The notes under the pieces: model-generated
The model's input: only the letters and a program-made list of their open reading frames with translations
What the model was told of the DNA's origin: nothing
Database searches by the model: none
Translations under genes and position numbers: made by a program
Part shown: positions 10,792 through 28,681 of the stretch, piece by piece
How the letters are laid out: each line of letters starts with the position of its first letter
Numbering within the stretch: the first letter of the stretch is position 1
NCBI GenBank assembly: GCA_002269645.1
Contig: NIVC01000202.1
Span: 1 to 64,000 of the forward strand
DNA: 64,000 nt
Source of the DNA: Macrostomum lignano
Lineage: Eukaryota
Direction: 5' to 3'

Positions 10792-13700
10792 TCACTGAGA
10801 CGACTGCGAGCTGCTGCTGTGCCGGTGGTGCTTCGGCTTCAGCGGCAGCCAGGCGCCAACAGACTCTGAGGCGCCGGCGCCGCCCTGCCTGGCGCTCAGC
10901 ATCAGGCGCCGCCAGAGCGCACTCTCCTCTGAGCCGCTGCAGAGCCGGCCGAGAGACACCTGGCCGATCAAGGACTCCTTGAAGCGCGGCTGGCTGAACA
11001 CGCCGACGCTGATGGTCAGCTGCTCGAGCTCGCTCTCCCCGATGTCAAGCCGGAATGTATCGCGAAATTCGCCCGTGAGGGAGTTCCTCTTGCCCGTCTT
11101 CTTGGTCTTCACCACCTTTTTGCCGTCGTGGAAGGTCACCTTGATGAGGGGCTCTGCAAAATGGACGAGTCGGTGCAGGCAATGCGCCATTTCAAATGCT
11201 GCCGGTTTTGGTAAATTAAATTACATTTTCTTCCTTGTTAAATACTGGTGTGACCTCAGGCAATGAACAGCTACTAGAAGTAGAGCGTTGTGAAAATGGC
11301 CCTAACAATCGGAGTTGGAGACAGACTAGAAAGTACGAATCGGGTGATACAGGGTGTACTTTTATTCTTTAGTATTCAGGTATTCTTGCACATAAAAAGG
11401 TCCAACAAGTTAGCAAGATGTGCAGCCACTATTACACCCGAAATTACAATTTTAATACTTGTAGAGGGACTCGAAACTACTATGAGTAGCATAAATTGTC
11501 ATCTAGACACTCGGCTGCTAGGAAATCACTTGTTGTGCATCTGATATTGCATATTGATGCCCTATTAATCGAGGCCATCGCCTACGTGTATCGAGGCACT
11601 GTTTTATTGAATATTATCATCCGTGCTCAATCTCTTCCATTGCAGCTGTAGTTACCGGACTAATGGCCCACACGCCATTCTCCATAAAGTCGAAGTGAGC
11701 ACGTTATAGGGGGGGGGGGCTGCCGCCGGCCGAGGGTTAAGTGCACTTCTCATTGACTGGGGGTGCGTGCGCTGGGACCAGCTCTGCTGCTGATGCTGGC
11801 TGGGGGGGGGGGGGCAGAGGGATATTTTTCATTTCAGTCTCCGCCTCCGCCCATCGCGCCCCAGCTCATCTCTTTCTGCCCGGCCGTCTGTCGCAGGAGT
11901 CCCCAGGTGAGCAGCAGCTTCTGCAACTCGGCAGAGACCGCCCGCCCGCCAGCAGTGCTCCAGGCGGGAGCAACTGGATAGAAGGGGAAACAGCAACAAA
12001 AAAATAAACGACGGAGACAGAGTGCAGATGGAGCAGATTCTGATTTTAATGCAAAAAATTGATGGAAGTGGAAAAAGTGGGAACAATGACTGGGGAGAGA
12101 GTGCTTGATGAGCAGAGCGCGTCTGGCCGCGTGCCTTTTCATGAAAAGGGAAAATGGAAAAGCATTAGCTCGCAATACCCAAATTCATGGGCAACTGTGT
12201 ACTAAAATCTGAACTAAGGACCACTAGAAGTTATTGTTGGTATACAATGTACATACATACAAAACAACATTAGCTTCTAGTGGGCCTTGATCTAAACATC
12301 TCGCCCTAACACTAAGGGGAGCCGTAACCCAGCGGTCTAGCGCAGGCTCTGGTGTGCCAGCGACCCAGGCTCGATTCCAAGTGCAGTCACATTAATTTGG
12401 GGCTGAATTGGAATCTCGGCTTGGCTCTGCTCGTGCAATTAACGCCATTGAGGGCCAACCCCCAAGGCACAGTGAAGTGTACATGCCTAACAATAAATCA
12501 AGTTAGGGCCGCTGTACACTCCTGTGTGTGTGTGTGTGTGAGTGTGTGCCTGTGCGTGTGACTGCGTACGTATCCGCGCGCTTGTGTGCCTGCTCAGGGG
12601 AGTCGGCGGAATGGGCAGCAATGCCTCTCGCCGGTTGTGTGACAATGGCGCTTGCAGTGCGCCAGGGTGCACACAGCCCCCTTGACTCTAATAAAAAATC
12701 CTCAAGTTAAAGGCTAGAGATCCTAACCCTAATTACAACCGTAGAAATCTAGATAGCTCGTATCTCTGTCAGTCAAGGCTATGTTACGGCTGGGTGGCGC
12801 AGCAGGGCCGGAGTTTAAGGTAGATATGCTATGAGAAATAAACTGATCAATGATAATGAAATTCTTCGCAGAATAAAAATCTGAGAATGGAATAAAAATC
12901 TCAGAATCCACTGAATCTGTGTCCTCAGATATTTCTCGAATTTCCTCGACTGTGCTTCGAGCAACCAAAAATGTAATTAGAATCGCGGAGAGCGCTTTCC
13001 TCTCCAGATGCTATGTCTAGCATTCCATGAGCCTGATCGGTGCAAGCCGCAACCGGAAACTTGATAAAAAGTCAACCAGAATTCTTTATAAAGCCAGTTG
13101 AAACCGAAACGGCCGCTTCTGAGTCGGATGCAGTAAAAAGTACAAAACGCACTCGCTGATGCCTTCAAAAAATTAAAGTACAACTTGACTATTGTTTACT
13201 AGACTTCTGAACTCAATAATCTAACGTAATCTTAATTATTACAGCAACAGAACTCTGAGCCAGTAACTTTGATTTCTTACCCAGCCGTTTCGTCATGTCT
13301 TCGTGAAGCAGGTTGCGCACCTTCAGCACGTCCATATTGAGCCGCTTGGCGTTGGGCAGGTAGTGCAGAGACATCAGGATGTCACCGATCTCGTCTCTTT
13401 CCTGCGCGGGTTGACAAGGTGGGGGCTATTCTATTCTATTCTATTCTATTCTATTCTATTCTATTATATTATATTATATTATATTATATTATATTATATT
13501 ATATTATATTATATTATATTATATTATATTATATTATATTATATTATATTATATTATATTATATTCTATTCTATTCTATTCTATTCTATTCTATTCTATT
13601 CTATTCTATTCTATTCTATTCTATTCTATTCTATTCTATTCTATTCTATTCTATTCTATTCTATTCTATTCTATTCTATTCTATTCTATTCTATTCTATT

Positions 13701-15494
13701 CTATTCTATTCTATTCTATTCTATTCTATTCTATTCTATTCTATTCTATTCTATTCTATTCTATTCTATTCTATTCTATTCTATTCTATTCTATTCTATT
13801 CTATTCTATTCTATTCTATTCTATTCTATTCTATTCTATTCTATTCTATTCTATTCTATTCTATTCTATTCTATTCTATTCTATTCTATTCTATTCTATT
13901 CTATTCTATTCTATTCTATTCTATTCTATTCTATTCTATTCTATTCTATTCTATTCTATTCTATTCTATTCTATTCTATTCTATTCTATTCTATTCTATT
14001 CTATTCTATTCTATTTTATTTCAGATCCCAGCTCTCCCTGCTCACCTGGCTGCACGGATAAACCGGCTTGTTGATGGTCTCACCGCCCTGGACATTGATG
14101 GAGTTCAGCGGGATTCTGGCCTTGCCAATGAGCCGACTCGCGCCTCGCTTGCTGTGGCTTCGCACTTCAACCTCCAGGGTGACGGCCTGGCACTGGCGGA
14201 ACTCCAAACTGAAGGTGAACTTCTCGTTCCAAATCGGACAGTTGGTCAGCTTCTGCACTCGGCTCACCTGCAAGTGGGGCGAACCAACGATATAAGCAAC
14301 TCATATTATAAGGGTATATATGAAGGGCACTGTTCTTTGCTGACATAATGATGGCGAGTCATCTAATATCAGCCCTTTTTTTCTCCGGCTCGTCCGGCTC
14401 GCTTATAAATAATGTACAACCATTAATTACCGAAATAGTCTCGCTTCCTGTCTCCCGGGGTCTGCTTTTCCTAGAAATGCGCTCGCTCTCAATCATTTGT
14501 TCCCCGCCGATCCCCCCTTTCAGCCGCTGACCTGCTGCTGTTCCTTCTGCGGCAGCAGCTGCAGTCTGGCAAACGGGCTCGGCACCCGCGTGCCCTGGTC
14601 GCCTGAAGTCGCCGCCGCGGCTGGAGAGTCCGGCGTTGAGGCCGGCGACGGCAGGCAGAGGTCCTTGGCATGCCGCAGGTCGACCAGGAGGCAGCCACGG
14701 TCGAAATTGTAGCCGATGCGGATGTTCACCAGGCCGCATGCCTTCTCCGCCGTGGCTGCGGTGCCTGCCTCGCCGATGGAGCCGCCGTCAGCGCCAGCCA
14801 CCTCGGCTTCTGCCCCTTGGTACAGGTCGAACTTGAAGTGTTCCACTGACACCTCCGCCTCCGAGCTGCGCGGGCTGCGGCAGCCCCCGCCGCTGCTGCC
14901 TCCGGCGCTTCCCGGTTCGCGCCCGGACGAGCGCCAGAACTGCACAGCCGACTTTGTCTCCATCAATGGCGGCGGGACCTGCGGCTGTCGCTTCTGAAGC
15001 TGCTGCGAATTCGGCGCCTGCGGTTGCTGCTGCTGCTGCTGCTCGGCGAACACGGAGTCCTTCGAGTTGTGGTGACTGCTGCGACCTTCACGGACGCTGG
15101 ATCGGCCAATGGTTCGCAGCGGCGTCGAAGTCTGCGGCGTTGCGGATGCCGCAGCCGCTGCCGCAGCCGCTGCCGCAGCTGCCGCCGCCGCGGGACGCCG
15201 GCCGATGCCCTCCCGCATGCTGCTGGCCCGCTGCAGGAGCTGCGGCGAGCCGCCGCCGCCGCCGCTGAGCTCGGTGACGGCGGTCTTGACACTCAGCCGC
15301 TGCCAGCCCTCGTCCCTGCCGGCGCCGGTTCTGCCTCGGAAAGACATTGTATAGCGGAGCGGCTGCTGCCTCGGCTGCTGCTCTGTGGCGCCGCCGCTGT
15401 CAGAAGCCAGTAGAGCGTCCTTCAGGCCGCGCAGACTCAGGTCCCCAGCTGAGCCGGAGGGAGACACAATGTCCAACAGTTTGCTGCCCAGCAT
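10792..15494 (-). CDS. Synaptotagmin-like tandem C2 protein (C2A+C2B), predicted Ca2+-independent
   Basis: Exons 15494-14532, 14267-14046, 13401-13281 and 11153-10792 with phase-compatible GT-AG sites. C2A: GLVNIRIGYNFDRGCLLVDLRHAKDL...PSPFARLQLLP...PIWNEKFTF. C2B: IGDILMSLHYLPNAKRLNMDVLKVRNL...EPLIKVTF...LIGQVSLG. Further 5' exons are possible. Confidence 0.88.
12314..12698 (+). mobile_element. tRNA-derived SINE family 2, copy 1
   Basis: Head ggggagccgtaacccagcggtctagcgc...ggctcgattcc (A/B boxes), internal (TG)n, and 3' end ctctaataaaaa. Colinear with the reverse complement of 40897-41257. Confidence 0.85.
13427..14020. repeat. (TTCTA)n/(TTATA)n pentanucleotide microsatellite in synaptotagmin-like intron
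   Basis: Directly visible. Confidence 0.98.
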
Positions 15495-16495
15495 TGCCGG
15501 CTGCCCCGCCTTGATCCTGGGATTTTTATCCCCCTTGAGCTCCTGCTAATCCGTCTGTGTATCCACTGTGCTTCCTCTCGTTCTCTCTTTTCCCTCTCGC
15601 ACTCTCCAGCCTCCGTTGTCGAGTCAGCGATGGAGACACAATCTGACAGCCTGCGGGAGAATTTTGTGGGGCCAGCCAATAAGAGACGGAGTCTGCGAGA
15701 CTGAGCATAGGGCCTGAGTAGGGACCCCTGGATGCAGATTTGAGACTGCTCTGACATCAGAGATCATCAGACAAAGAGCGACATCACAGGCCAGGCCGGG
15801 CTGATACCGTCTGCATGTTTCTTTCAAATATTGACTCATAAATCTTTAGCCACTGTTCCTCATAGCCTCATAGACTTGAATGAAAAAGAGGCTTTACTTT
15901 AGGAAAATACGTTTTCTGAAAATTCGAGTTCACTCTGTGCCGGAATGCTCCGGGAAGCAGGTGCAGGGGGGGCAGTGATCCGCCGGGTCACGAACCTGAG
16001 CAGCCGTCCTTCGCCCGCTAACCCCTCGCCGCGGCACAGGTATTAGCATCTCCCCATCCCAAGCAGAGCTGAGCTCTGCAATGCTCATATTTCCTGTGGC
16101 TGCGCCGTCCCCAGCCGCTTCAGCGGGGTGGGATTCTATCTCTCCATCTATCCTTGCTCCCGCGGCTCACGTGACATTTTCAAATTTTTCCCCGCGGCCC
16201 CAGCAGCGGCGGGCGGCTTCATCTTCGGCGGAAAAATAGGAGACAGACAGAGAGAGGGGGCAGGGGGAAGAAGAAAGCGAGAGCGGATGAGTTGGCCAAA
16301 AAAGTTGGACAGATCACAGCGCAGGCACGAAGCCGACCGGGTGTCGGAAATCTGGAACTCAACAACCTCAGCTGCTGGGGCGGTGGGGTGCTTGCTCGAT
16401 GCACTGCCTTCTGAAGTCGCTATTACTCCTGTCAAGCTGAGCTGGATATCAAGGCCAGCAGGGGTGAAACTGTAAATAGCGTAGGTTAGATATTG

Positions 16496-17475
16496 CTATG
16501 GATTGCTAATCTAGCCTACATCAATGAGGGAATAGGATGGATTGCTAATCTAGCCTACATCAATGAGGTAATAGGATGGATTGCTAATCTAGCCTACATC
16601 ATTAATGAGTGAATAGAATGGATTGCTAATCTAGCCTACATCATTAATGAGTGAATAGAATGGATTGCTAATCTAGCCTATATCATTAATGAGTGAATAG
16701 AATGGATTGCTAATCTAGCCTATATCATTAATGAGTGAATAGAATGGATTGCTAATCTAGCCTATATCATTAATGAGTGAATAGAATGGATTGCTAATCT
16801 AGCCTACATCATTAATGAGTGAATAGAATGGATTGCTAATCTAGCCTACATCATTAATGAGTGAATAGAATGGATTGCTAATCTAGCCTACATCATTAAT
16901 GAGTGAATAGAATGGATTGCTAATCTAGCCTACATCATTAATGAGTGAATAGAATGGATTGCTAATCTAGCCTACATCATTAATGAGTGAATAGAATGGA
17001 TTGCTAATCTAGCCTATATCATTAATGAGTGAATAGAATGGATTGCTAATCTAGCCTACATCATTAATGAGTGAATAGAATGGATTGCTAATCTAGCCTA
17101 CATCATTAATGAGTGAATAGAATGGATTGCTAATCTAGCCTACATCATTAATGAGTGAATAGAATGGATTGCTAATCTAGCCTACATCATTAATGAGTGA
17201 ATAGAATGGATTGCTAATCTAGCCTACATCATTAATGAGTGAATAGAATGGATTGCTAATCTAGCCTACATCATTAATGAGTGAATAGAATGGATTGCTA
17301 ATCTAGCCTACATCATTAATGAGTGAATAGAATGGATTGCTAATCTAGCCTACATCATTAATGAGTGAATAGAATGGATTGCTAATCTAGCCTACATCAT
17401 TAATGAGTGAATAGAATGGATTGCTAATCTAGCCTACATCATTAATGAGTGAATAGAATGGATTGCTAATCTAGC
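16496..17475. repeat. 39/42-bp minisatellite (gattgctaatctagcctacatcattaatgagtgaatagaatg)
   Basis: The first units are 39 bp, followed by ~21 homogeneous 42-bp units. Same family as 28682-29660. Confidence 0.97.
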
Positions 17476-17919
17476 TGGTACACAGTTTTCATGTGTAGGC
17501 GTAATGATGGCTATTTTAAATCTGTCTTCGTTGAACTAAAGAAGGATATCATTCGATTATTCGAGCACAAAAGAATGCTCGAAGAAATCGCTTCAAGAAG
17601 AGAACGTGTCACGTTTGTTGATTTCGAATACCCGGGGCAGCAGGTGATAAAATTAATTTCCTTTTTTGCATAGCAAAAATCGGTGAAAAAACATTAAGAT
17701 TTTCATTTCCTTTTGTTGCTTTCAATCAATTTCCAAGCTAGTATTCCCAGCGGATATGGGATATTTCTTCTCATCGAGGGGAAAGCTGGGCTCCTTTTCA
17801 TTTAATTGTTTATTTACTCAAAGGTCTGCTGAGCTCGTCTCAGACACAGCAGTGAGGATAAAACGATTTAAATAGAAGTGCAAGCGGGAGCCCGCTTTGT
17901 AAACAGCAAGAAGGTAAAC

Positions 17920-18047
<128 letters not shown>

Positions 18048-18462
18048 CTGTAAGTATAAATAAACAGAGGGGGTGCCAGCAGAGGTGGAAAGCAAGAGGC
18101 AGGAGCAGAAGGCGTGCCAGCATGAAGAGCAGCTGGCTGAAGTGCGTTTAACTTCGAGTGCCCGCCTGATGCAGAACAGCGGAAGCGAGCAGCCATTAGA
18201 GAGTGGAGATCGGAGCGACACACAAGCCAGTTTCCGGGTTGCCGTGCACTCAACGTGCCCTGGACGGGCGAAGATGTTTTTTCCTGGGATATTTTTGAGT
18301 CTGTATTATTTATTAAGTGGCAAACAGTGCAGCCCAGCAGTTTCAATACTCAGTCCTCACATCAGTCTGTCCGGAGGTGAAGTGCAGCCGCCTTCAGGAC
18401 TTTGAGTAGGCGTTATTTTTTATAAGGCCGACTAAATTCAGTACTACAGATTTACAGCGCCT

Positions 18463-18980
18463 TTAGAAGATTCTCCGTAACTCTAGAAGATTCTCCATAT
18501 CTCTAAAAGACTCCCGTGTCTCTAGAAGATTCCCCGATAGCTCTAGAAGATTCCTCGTAACTCTAGAAGATTTCCCGTAACTCTAAAAGATTCCCCGTAA
18601 CTCTAAAAGATTCCCCGTAACTTTAGAAGATTCTCCATATCTCTAAAAGACTCCCCGTGTCTCTAGAAGATTCCCTGTATTTCTAGAAGATTTCCCGATA
18701 GCTCTAGAAGATTCCCCGTAACTCTAGAAGATTCCCCGTAGCTCTAAAAGATTCCCCGTAACTCTAGAAGATTCCCCATATCTCTAGAAGATTCCCCGTG
18801 TCTCTAGAAGATTCCCAATAACTCTAAAAGATTCCCCGTGTCTCTAGAAGATTCCCCGTAACTCTAAAAGATTCCCCGTGTCTCTAGAAGATTCCCAATA
18901 ACTCTAAAAGATTCCCCGATAGCTCCAGAAGATTCCTCGTATGTCTAAAAGATTCCCCGTATCTGTATAAGATTCCCTGT
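18463..18980. repeat. 20-bp minisatellite (ctctagaagattccccgtaa)
   Basis: Directly visible; its distal part is duplicated at 23975-24256. Confidence 0.95.
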
Positions 18981-19598
18981 GTCTCTCTCCCAGAGGCAAG
19001 GATTACCCCAATGTAAGTGAATTAGAGTGAGGTGAACCAATTGGTTTATACAAAAGCATTGCCAAATGTCCTTAAAGTTTAATCAGACTTTGAATAGTAC
19101 TTGAAGTTAATAAGATTTTCCATCTGTGAAGACACTCGCCAGGTTTCAGAGGAGAACGTTAACTGACTGATTAATTAGTTTGATCCCTCCAGCAGTTCGA
19201 GTTTCGAGTGCCTGTTAAGATTTTGGGCTGGCTGAGGCCTGCGTGAATGTGAAGCAAGGAGCTTAAAACTCTTATCTGCTTTGCCTAAGGAAGCTGTCTA
19301 GCTGGGATTAAAGATGACGCTGGGCCGGAGTGAATGCTAGTAGATAAGCAGCCTGTAAGCAGATTTAAACCTGAAGGTTTAGCTTGCTGGTAAAATGGAT
19401 GCAATGAATTTCAGTATTAACCGGCTGAGTCAACCGCCTGTCACATGCATGGAGTGGGGTCAGGTCACCAATAAGATTGTTACAGTCTCGAGGGCAGTTC
19501 TAATGGCAAAAGGAATTTATTGGTGGCCACCTCACTGCAGTTCTGCTCATTCCGTTAACCAGCGGCCCTGACTTTCCAATTGTCAGGCACGTACACTC
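18699..19598 (+). repeat. ~900-bp direct repeat, left copy (host DNA flanking the non-LTR element)
   Basis: Matches 23975-24874 at a constant offset of 5276 at both ends (tagctctagaag...gcacgtacactc); no differences found by eye. Confidence 0.95.
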
Positions 19599-19780
19599 AA
19601 ACAAACGGCAACTTAAACCGAGGGACTCTGTGACATCCGCCAGCTTTTCGTTTTTCGAGGAGGCTCTTCCCCCTCCTTTTCGTTCTGGCCTGGCGTGGAA
19701 GCGGCTAGCTTCCTCGTCTTGGTCTGCTGGTGGGGGACGGATCCCCCCTGCTGCTTTTTTGCGGGGCAGGTGGCTGCTAA

Positions 19781-23885
<4,105 letters not shown>

Positions 23886-23974
23886 TCCTTGTGCTCTTTT
23901 ACCTTGGGGTTGCGATAGGGGCCTCGCGGCCTATTCGCGGCGCCTGCGCCCCCCGTCAGTAGTAAGTAAGTAAG

Positions 23975-24874
23975 TAGCTCTAGAAGATTCCCCGTAACTC
24001 TAGAAGATTCCCCGTAGCTCTAAAAGATTCCCCGTAACTCTAGAAGATTCCCCATATCTCTAGAAGATTCCCCGTGTCTCTAGAAGATTCCCAATAACTC
24101 TAAAAGATTCCCCGTGTCTCTAGAAGATTCCCCGTAACTCTAAAAGATTCCCCGTGTCTCTAGAAGATTCCCAATAACTCTAAAAGATTCCCCGATAGCT
24201 CCAGAAGATTCCTCGTATGTCTAAAAGATTCCCCGTATCTGTATAAGATTCCCTGTGTCTCTCTCCCAGAGGCAAGGATTACCCCAATGTAAGTGAATTA
24301 GAGTGAGGTGAACCAATTGGTTTATACAAAAGCATTGCCAAATGTCCTTAAAGTTTAATCAGACTTTGAATAGTACTTGAAGTTAATAAGATTTTCCATC
24401 TGTGAAGACACTCGCCAGGTTTCAGAGGAGAACGTTAACTGACTGATTAATTAGTTTGATCCCTCCAGCAGTTCGAGTTTCGAGTGCCTGTTAAGATTTT
24501 GGGCTGGCTGAGGCCTGCGTGAATGTGAAGCAAGGAGCTTAAAACTCTTATCTGCTTTGCCTAAGGAAGCTGTCTAGCTGGGATTAAAGATGACGCTGGG
24601 CCGGAGTGAATGCTAGTAGATAAGCAGCCTGTAAGCAGATTTAAACCTGAAGGTTTAGCTTGCTGGTAAAATGGATGCAATGAATTTCAGTATTAACCGG
24701 CTGAGTCAACCGCCTGTCACATGCATGGAGTGGGGTCAGGTCACCAATAAGATTGTTACAGTCTCGAGGGCAGTTCTAATGGCAAAAGGAATTTATTGGT
24801 GGCCACCTCACTGCAGTTCTGCTCATTCCGTTAACCAGCGGCCCTGACTTTCCAATTGTCAGGCACGTACACTC
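23975..24874 (+). repeat. ~900-bp direct repeat, right copy
   Basis: Copy of 18699-19598 beginning immediately after the (TAAG)n tail. Confidence 0.95.
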
Positions 24875-24950
24875 TCTGTGCCGCCTAGGGGTTGGCCCTC
24901 ACGTCTGTGAATCGCACAATAATAACAATAACTGATTTCACCTGCCCTAA

Positions 24951-25174
24951 TGGCCAGATGTACAACCGACAGCTCAGCCGCAGCTATTGCGCGGCGCATC
25001 TGAAGGCTGCGTACGGCTGTTCAGTCCAAGGACTGGGGGGTCGCCACACACAGCCTCAATTACTGAAGCAATGCAGAGCTAAGTGTCTTGCTCAAAGACA
25101 CAGATTGTTCCGAGCAACTCGAGAATCGAACCCCCGACCTTTCACCGACGCTCTAATCACTAGGCCACAACCCC
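24951..25174 (-). mobile_element. SINE family 1, copy 3 (internal deletion)
   Basis: Reverse complement of the family-1 tail, CORE-like segment and tRNA head. Confidence 0.85.
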
Positions 25175-26336
25175 CTTACTAGGCTACACAGGGGGCGGGT
25201 CTTTGCTGCAAAATGCACAGTAGAGAGATGGAACCTATCCAGTTTTTCAAAACCCTAACCAATAAAATGAAGCTAGCTCATTTAAAACTCTGCACTTGGA
25301 AATTTGTTTCATGTGAGACTAAATAACAGATTTGTCTAGAAAAAGTTAAAAAACTTTTGGCTCATAAGAAAGCGGAAACGCTTAGAGAATAAAAAGAAAA
25401 TTTCACCAAGAAGATAAAGAAAGACAGCTGAAAAATTGCTGGATTACCGGTCTCCAATAGCATTTCTACACGGGTTCGACTCTGGCACGGGGCTTGAGAA
25501 CTGAGTGAGCAGATAATACCCGGTATTCGAAATTCGTGTATTAGACTTAGAGTAATGGGAAACTTAAGTTTCGTAGAATGCATAGCTTTATTGCTTAATT
25601 GGTTTTTTAGAAGCGTTTTTTGCACAGTTAAAAAATATAAACATAAGTTTTGTATTTAGTAGACGCGGCATGTTTCTGAAGGCCACCTTGAAGCTTTTGT
25701 ACCGCTGTAATTACTTTGTAATTAATGCAAAAAGGCCCCGAAATCACACAGGATTTTTATTAGCAAAACAGAATGAGTAATTAGAATACAATCAAATGTT
25801 TAATCAAAGGTGGGAAGTTGATCAGCGTTGCCAGGGTCGAAGGCTTTGCAACTGCAGATGGAGAGCAGAGGCTGGGGGGATCTGCGCTGAGCAGAGAGCG
25901 ACAGGGCTTGCCTAGCATATCATTGCGCAGGGATCGCGGCGGGCAAAGAGGCATCTTCACAGACCCGCTGGGAATCGAGCCCTAGATTTCGTCTGAGGAT
26001 CAGAGGAAAGAAAAATAGAAGGAAAAGGCGGGATTGTCTCCCGAGATTAAAAATCAGAGGCTGGGGGGAAGCGGAGACTGTTGCTTCATCTTTAATCCGG
26101 TTGCAGGTGTGTCGAATTGCTCTGGCAAAGAATGCCAGAATTGAATTCAGGAATTTTTTATCACCCGGTTACCCGATCTGACTTCTCCCATCGCTTTGCC
26201 ACCCCCCTGCCCGATCGAAATCGCATGCCATTTCATTGCAATTTCTAACAGCGCTTTGGACACTAAATAATAACTAAAATAATAAATTTCTGATCAATCC
26301 ATGCATGAACGCTCCTCTAGTGCGTGAGCAACTCTG

Positions 26337-26513
26337 CTACTCTCCTCTCACTCTCCCCTCTCTCGCTCTCTCTACCTCTCTCTAACTCTCTATACCTCTC
26401 TCTCCCTCTCTCACTCTCCCCCTCTCTCCCTCTCTCTACCTCTCTCTCCCTCTCTCTCCCTCTCTCTACCTCTCTCTCCCTCTCTCCCTCTTCCTCTCTC
26501 TCCCTCTCTCTAC

Positions 26514-26578
<65 letters not shown>

Positions 26579-27010
26579 TCTCCCTCTCTCCTTCTCTCTC
26601 CTTCTCTCTCCCTCTCTCTCCCTCTCCCTCTCTCTCCCTCTCTCTCCCTCTCCCCCTCTCTCTCCCTTTCCCTCTCTCCCTCTCTCCTTCTCTCTCCCTC
26701 TCTCTCCCTCTCCCTCTCACTCCCTCTCTCTACCTCTCCCTCTCTCTCCTTCTCTCTCCCTCTCTCCCCCTCTCCCTCTCTCTCCCTCTCTCTCCCTCTC
26801 CCTCTCTCCCTCTCCCTCTCTCCCTCTCCCTCTCTCCCTCTCCCTCTCTCCCTCTCCCTCTCTCCCTCTCCCTCTCTCCCTCTCCCTCTCTCCCTCTCCC
26901 TCTCTCCCTCTCCCTCTCTCCCTCTCCCTCTCTCCTCTCCCTCTCTTCCCCTCCCCCTCCCACCCTCACTCTTCACCCTCCCTCTCCGACTCTCCCGCTC
27001 TCCATCTCCC
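26337..27010. repeat. CT-rich microsatellite/low-complexity tract
   Basis: Directly visible; source of the ER/SL-rich spurious ORFs. Confidence 0.97.
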
Positions 27011-27893
27011 TCATTATATATACTTCACACTCATACATTTATATCGATTAGATAGATCTTATCTATTTTCCAAGCAGGTTGTCCCGCCGGTCCAGGCAAA
27101 GATAACAACTACTCAATGAGAGATAAGAGATGGTGAGTATGCAAAGACTGGTATCGCATGAGCTCCCATTTGACCATCTGTGCCATCCTGAGGCAGATAA
27201 GAGCTATTCTGTCATATTTTTCTGCTTAACACAATATGACATTGTAAATCAAAGCGAGTTAGAAAAGGCTAAAATCTTACTGTAAGTAGTACTTACAATT
27301 GGGTCGGCTTTGCAGAAATTCTCCATTAAGGAAAGCAGTAAAGAATAATGAGCGTAACATATCGATTTTGAAGATGGCGGAACGAACTCGGCGAGCCAGT
27401 CGCCTGGAAGCTCACCTGATTTTGAAACGCTCTCAGGTGTATCGGTTTTCAAGGCCCCGGCTGAACTCAGCAGAGCAGGAAGGGGGCGCATTTTGGCAAG
27501 GGTTGATTTTCAAAATCGCGTGCCCTGCCGCCGCGGATGTCCCAGATTTGGGATTTGGGATGTCGGCACAAGATTGACGAATTGTGGGACAGCCGGCGCG
27601 GAGCAGAAAATACTGACTGGATTTGATAGCTGGCTGGGGGGGGGGAGTTTTCCCAATCAGACCTGGAGTTCTGTTTTGCCGCGTTTCTTGTCAGTTAAAA
27701 CCCAGTGATTGTTTCCTGTATCGCGAATAGACATTTTCTGGTGCTCGCCTCATTTGCAGACTTTCATCTCATCTCAAGACATTCCAAACTGTTTTAGCTC
27801 AAAGTTTTGAACTCTGCTTTGCTACTTGGAAGAAACTTTATCAATAACAATGAAGCAATACTGCGTGCATATTGGCTGATCTTTTGTTTGCTC

Positions 27894-28178
<285 letters not shown>

Positions 28179-28681
28179 GACTTAAACACGAGTTGAAGAG
28201 GTCATTGACCTCAATGACCACAATTGCCTCCGCGAGTGCCTATTTGACCCTGTGCAAGTTAATTAGGATTCTGCAGTATCCACAAAGCCTTGCCGCCAGG
28301 TAGCGGAGAGACTCCCAGCCAAGTAGCAACAAACAGTCAGGTGCTTCACAGAGACAGTGGAGTGAAGAACCCCCGGGTTCTTTGTTTGGATTTGTAGGCT
28401 TCCAGCTGAGCAGCCGAAGAGGAGTCGCTAAGCTCCCTTTGATGGAGTCTCTTTAGGAGAAGAGCGGCTTACAGAGAGGCTGCTTCAAATAATTGCTGCT
28501 TCTGAGTGCATCTTTGAGCAATGGAAAAAATCTCTGCGAAAATCGAGAGCCGAAGCTTTGGGATTAATAAGCAGCTGGACTGATTATCCAGCTTTTTTGC
28601 TTTTACTGACTTCACGGGAAACCCATTAGATTTCGGACTGTGCTGTGCGTAAATAATTCTGACTGCGTATTCTGGATTAGC

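Noticed and set aside
13303-14348. YSILF-repeat membrane-protein ORFs
   Set aside because: Translation of the (TTCTA)n microsatellite antisense to a C2 gene intron.
16496-17475. CRISPR-like 39/42-bp repeat
   Set aside because: Units are head-to-tail with no spacers; it is a minisatellite.
17491-17673. Possible plus-strand coding exon (RLFEHKRMLEEIASRRERV)
   Set aside because: Plausible splice sites but no partner exons or recognisable domain.
23925-23950. LINE 3' UTR similarity to SINE family 1 tail (ctattcgcggcgc vs ctattgcgcggcgc)
   Set aside because: The match is short and in the opposite orientation, so it does not indicate a SINE-LINE partnership.
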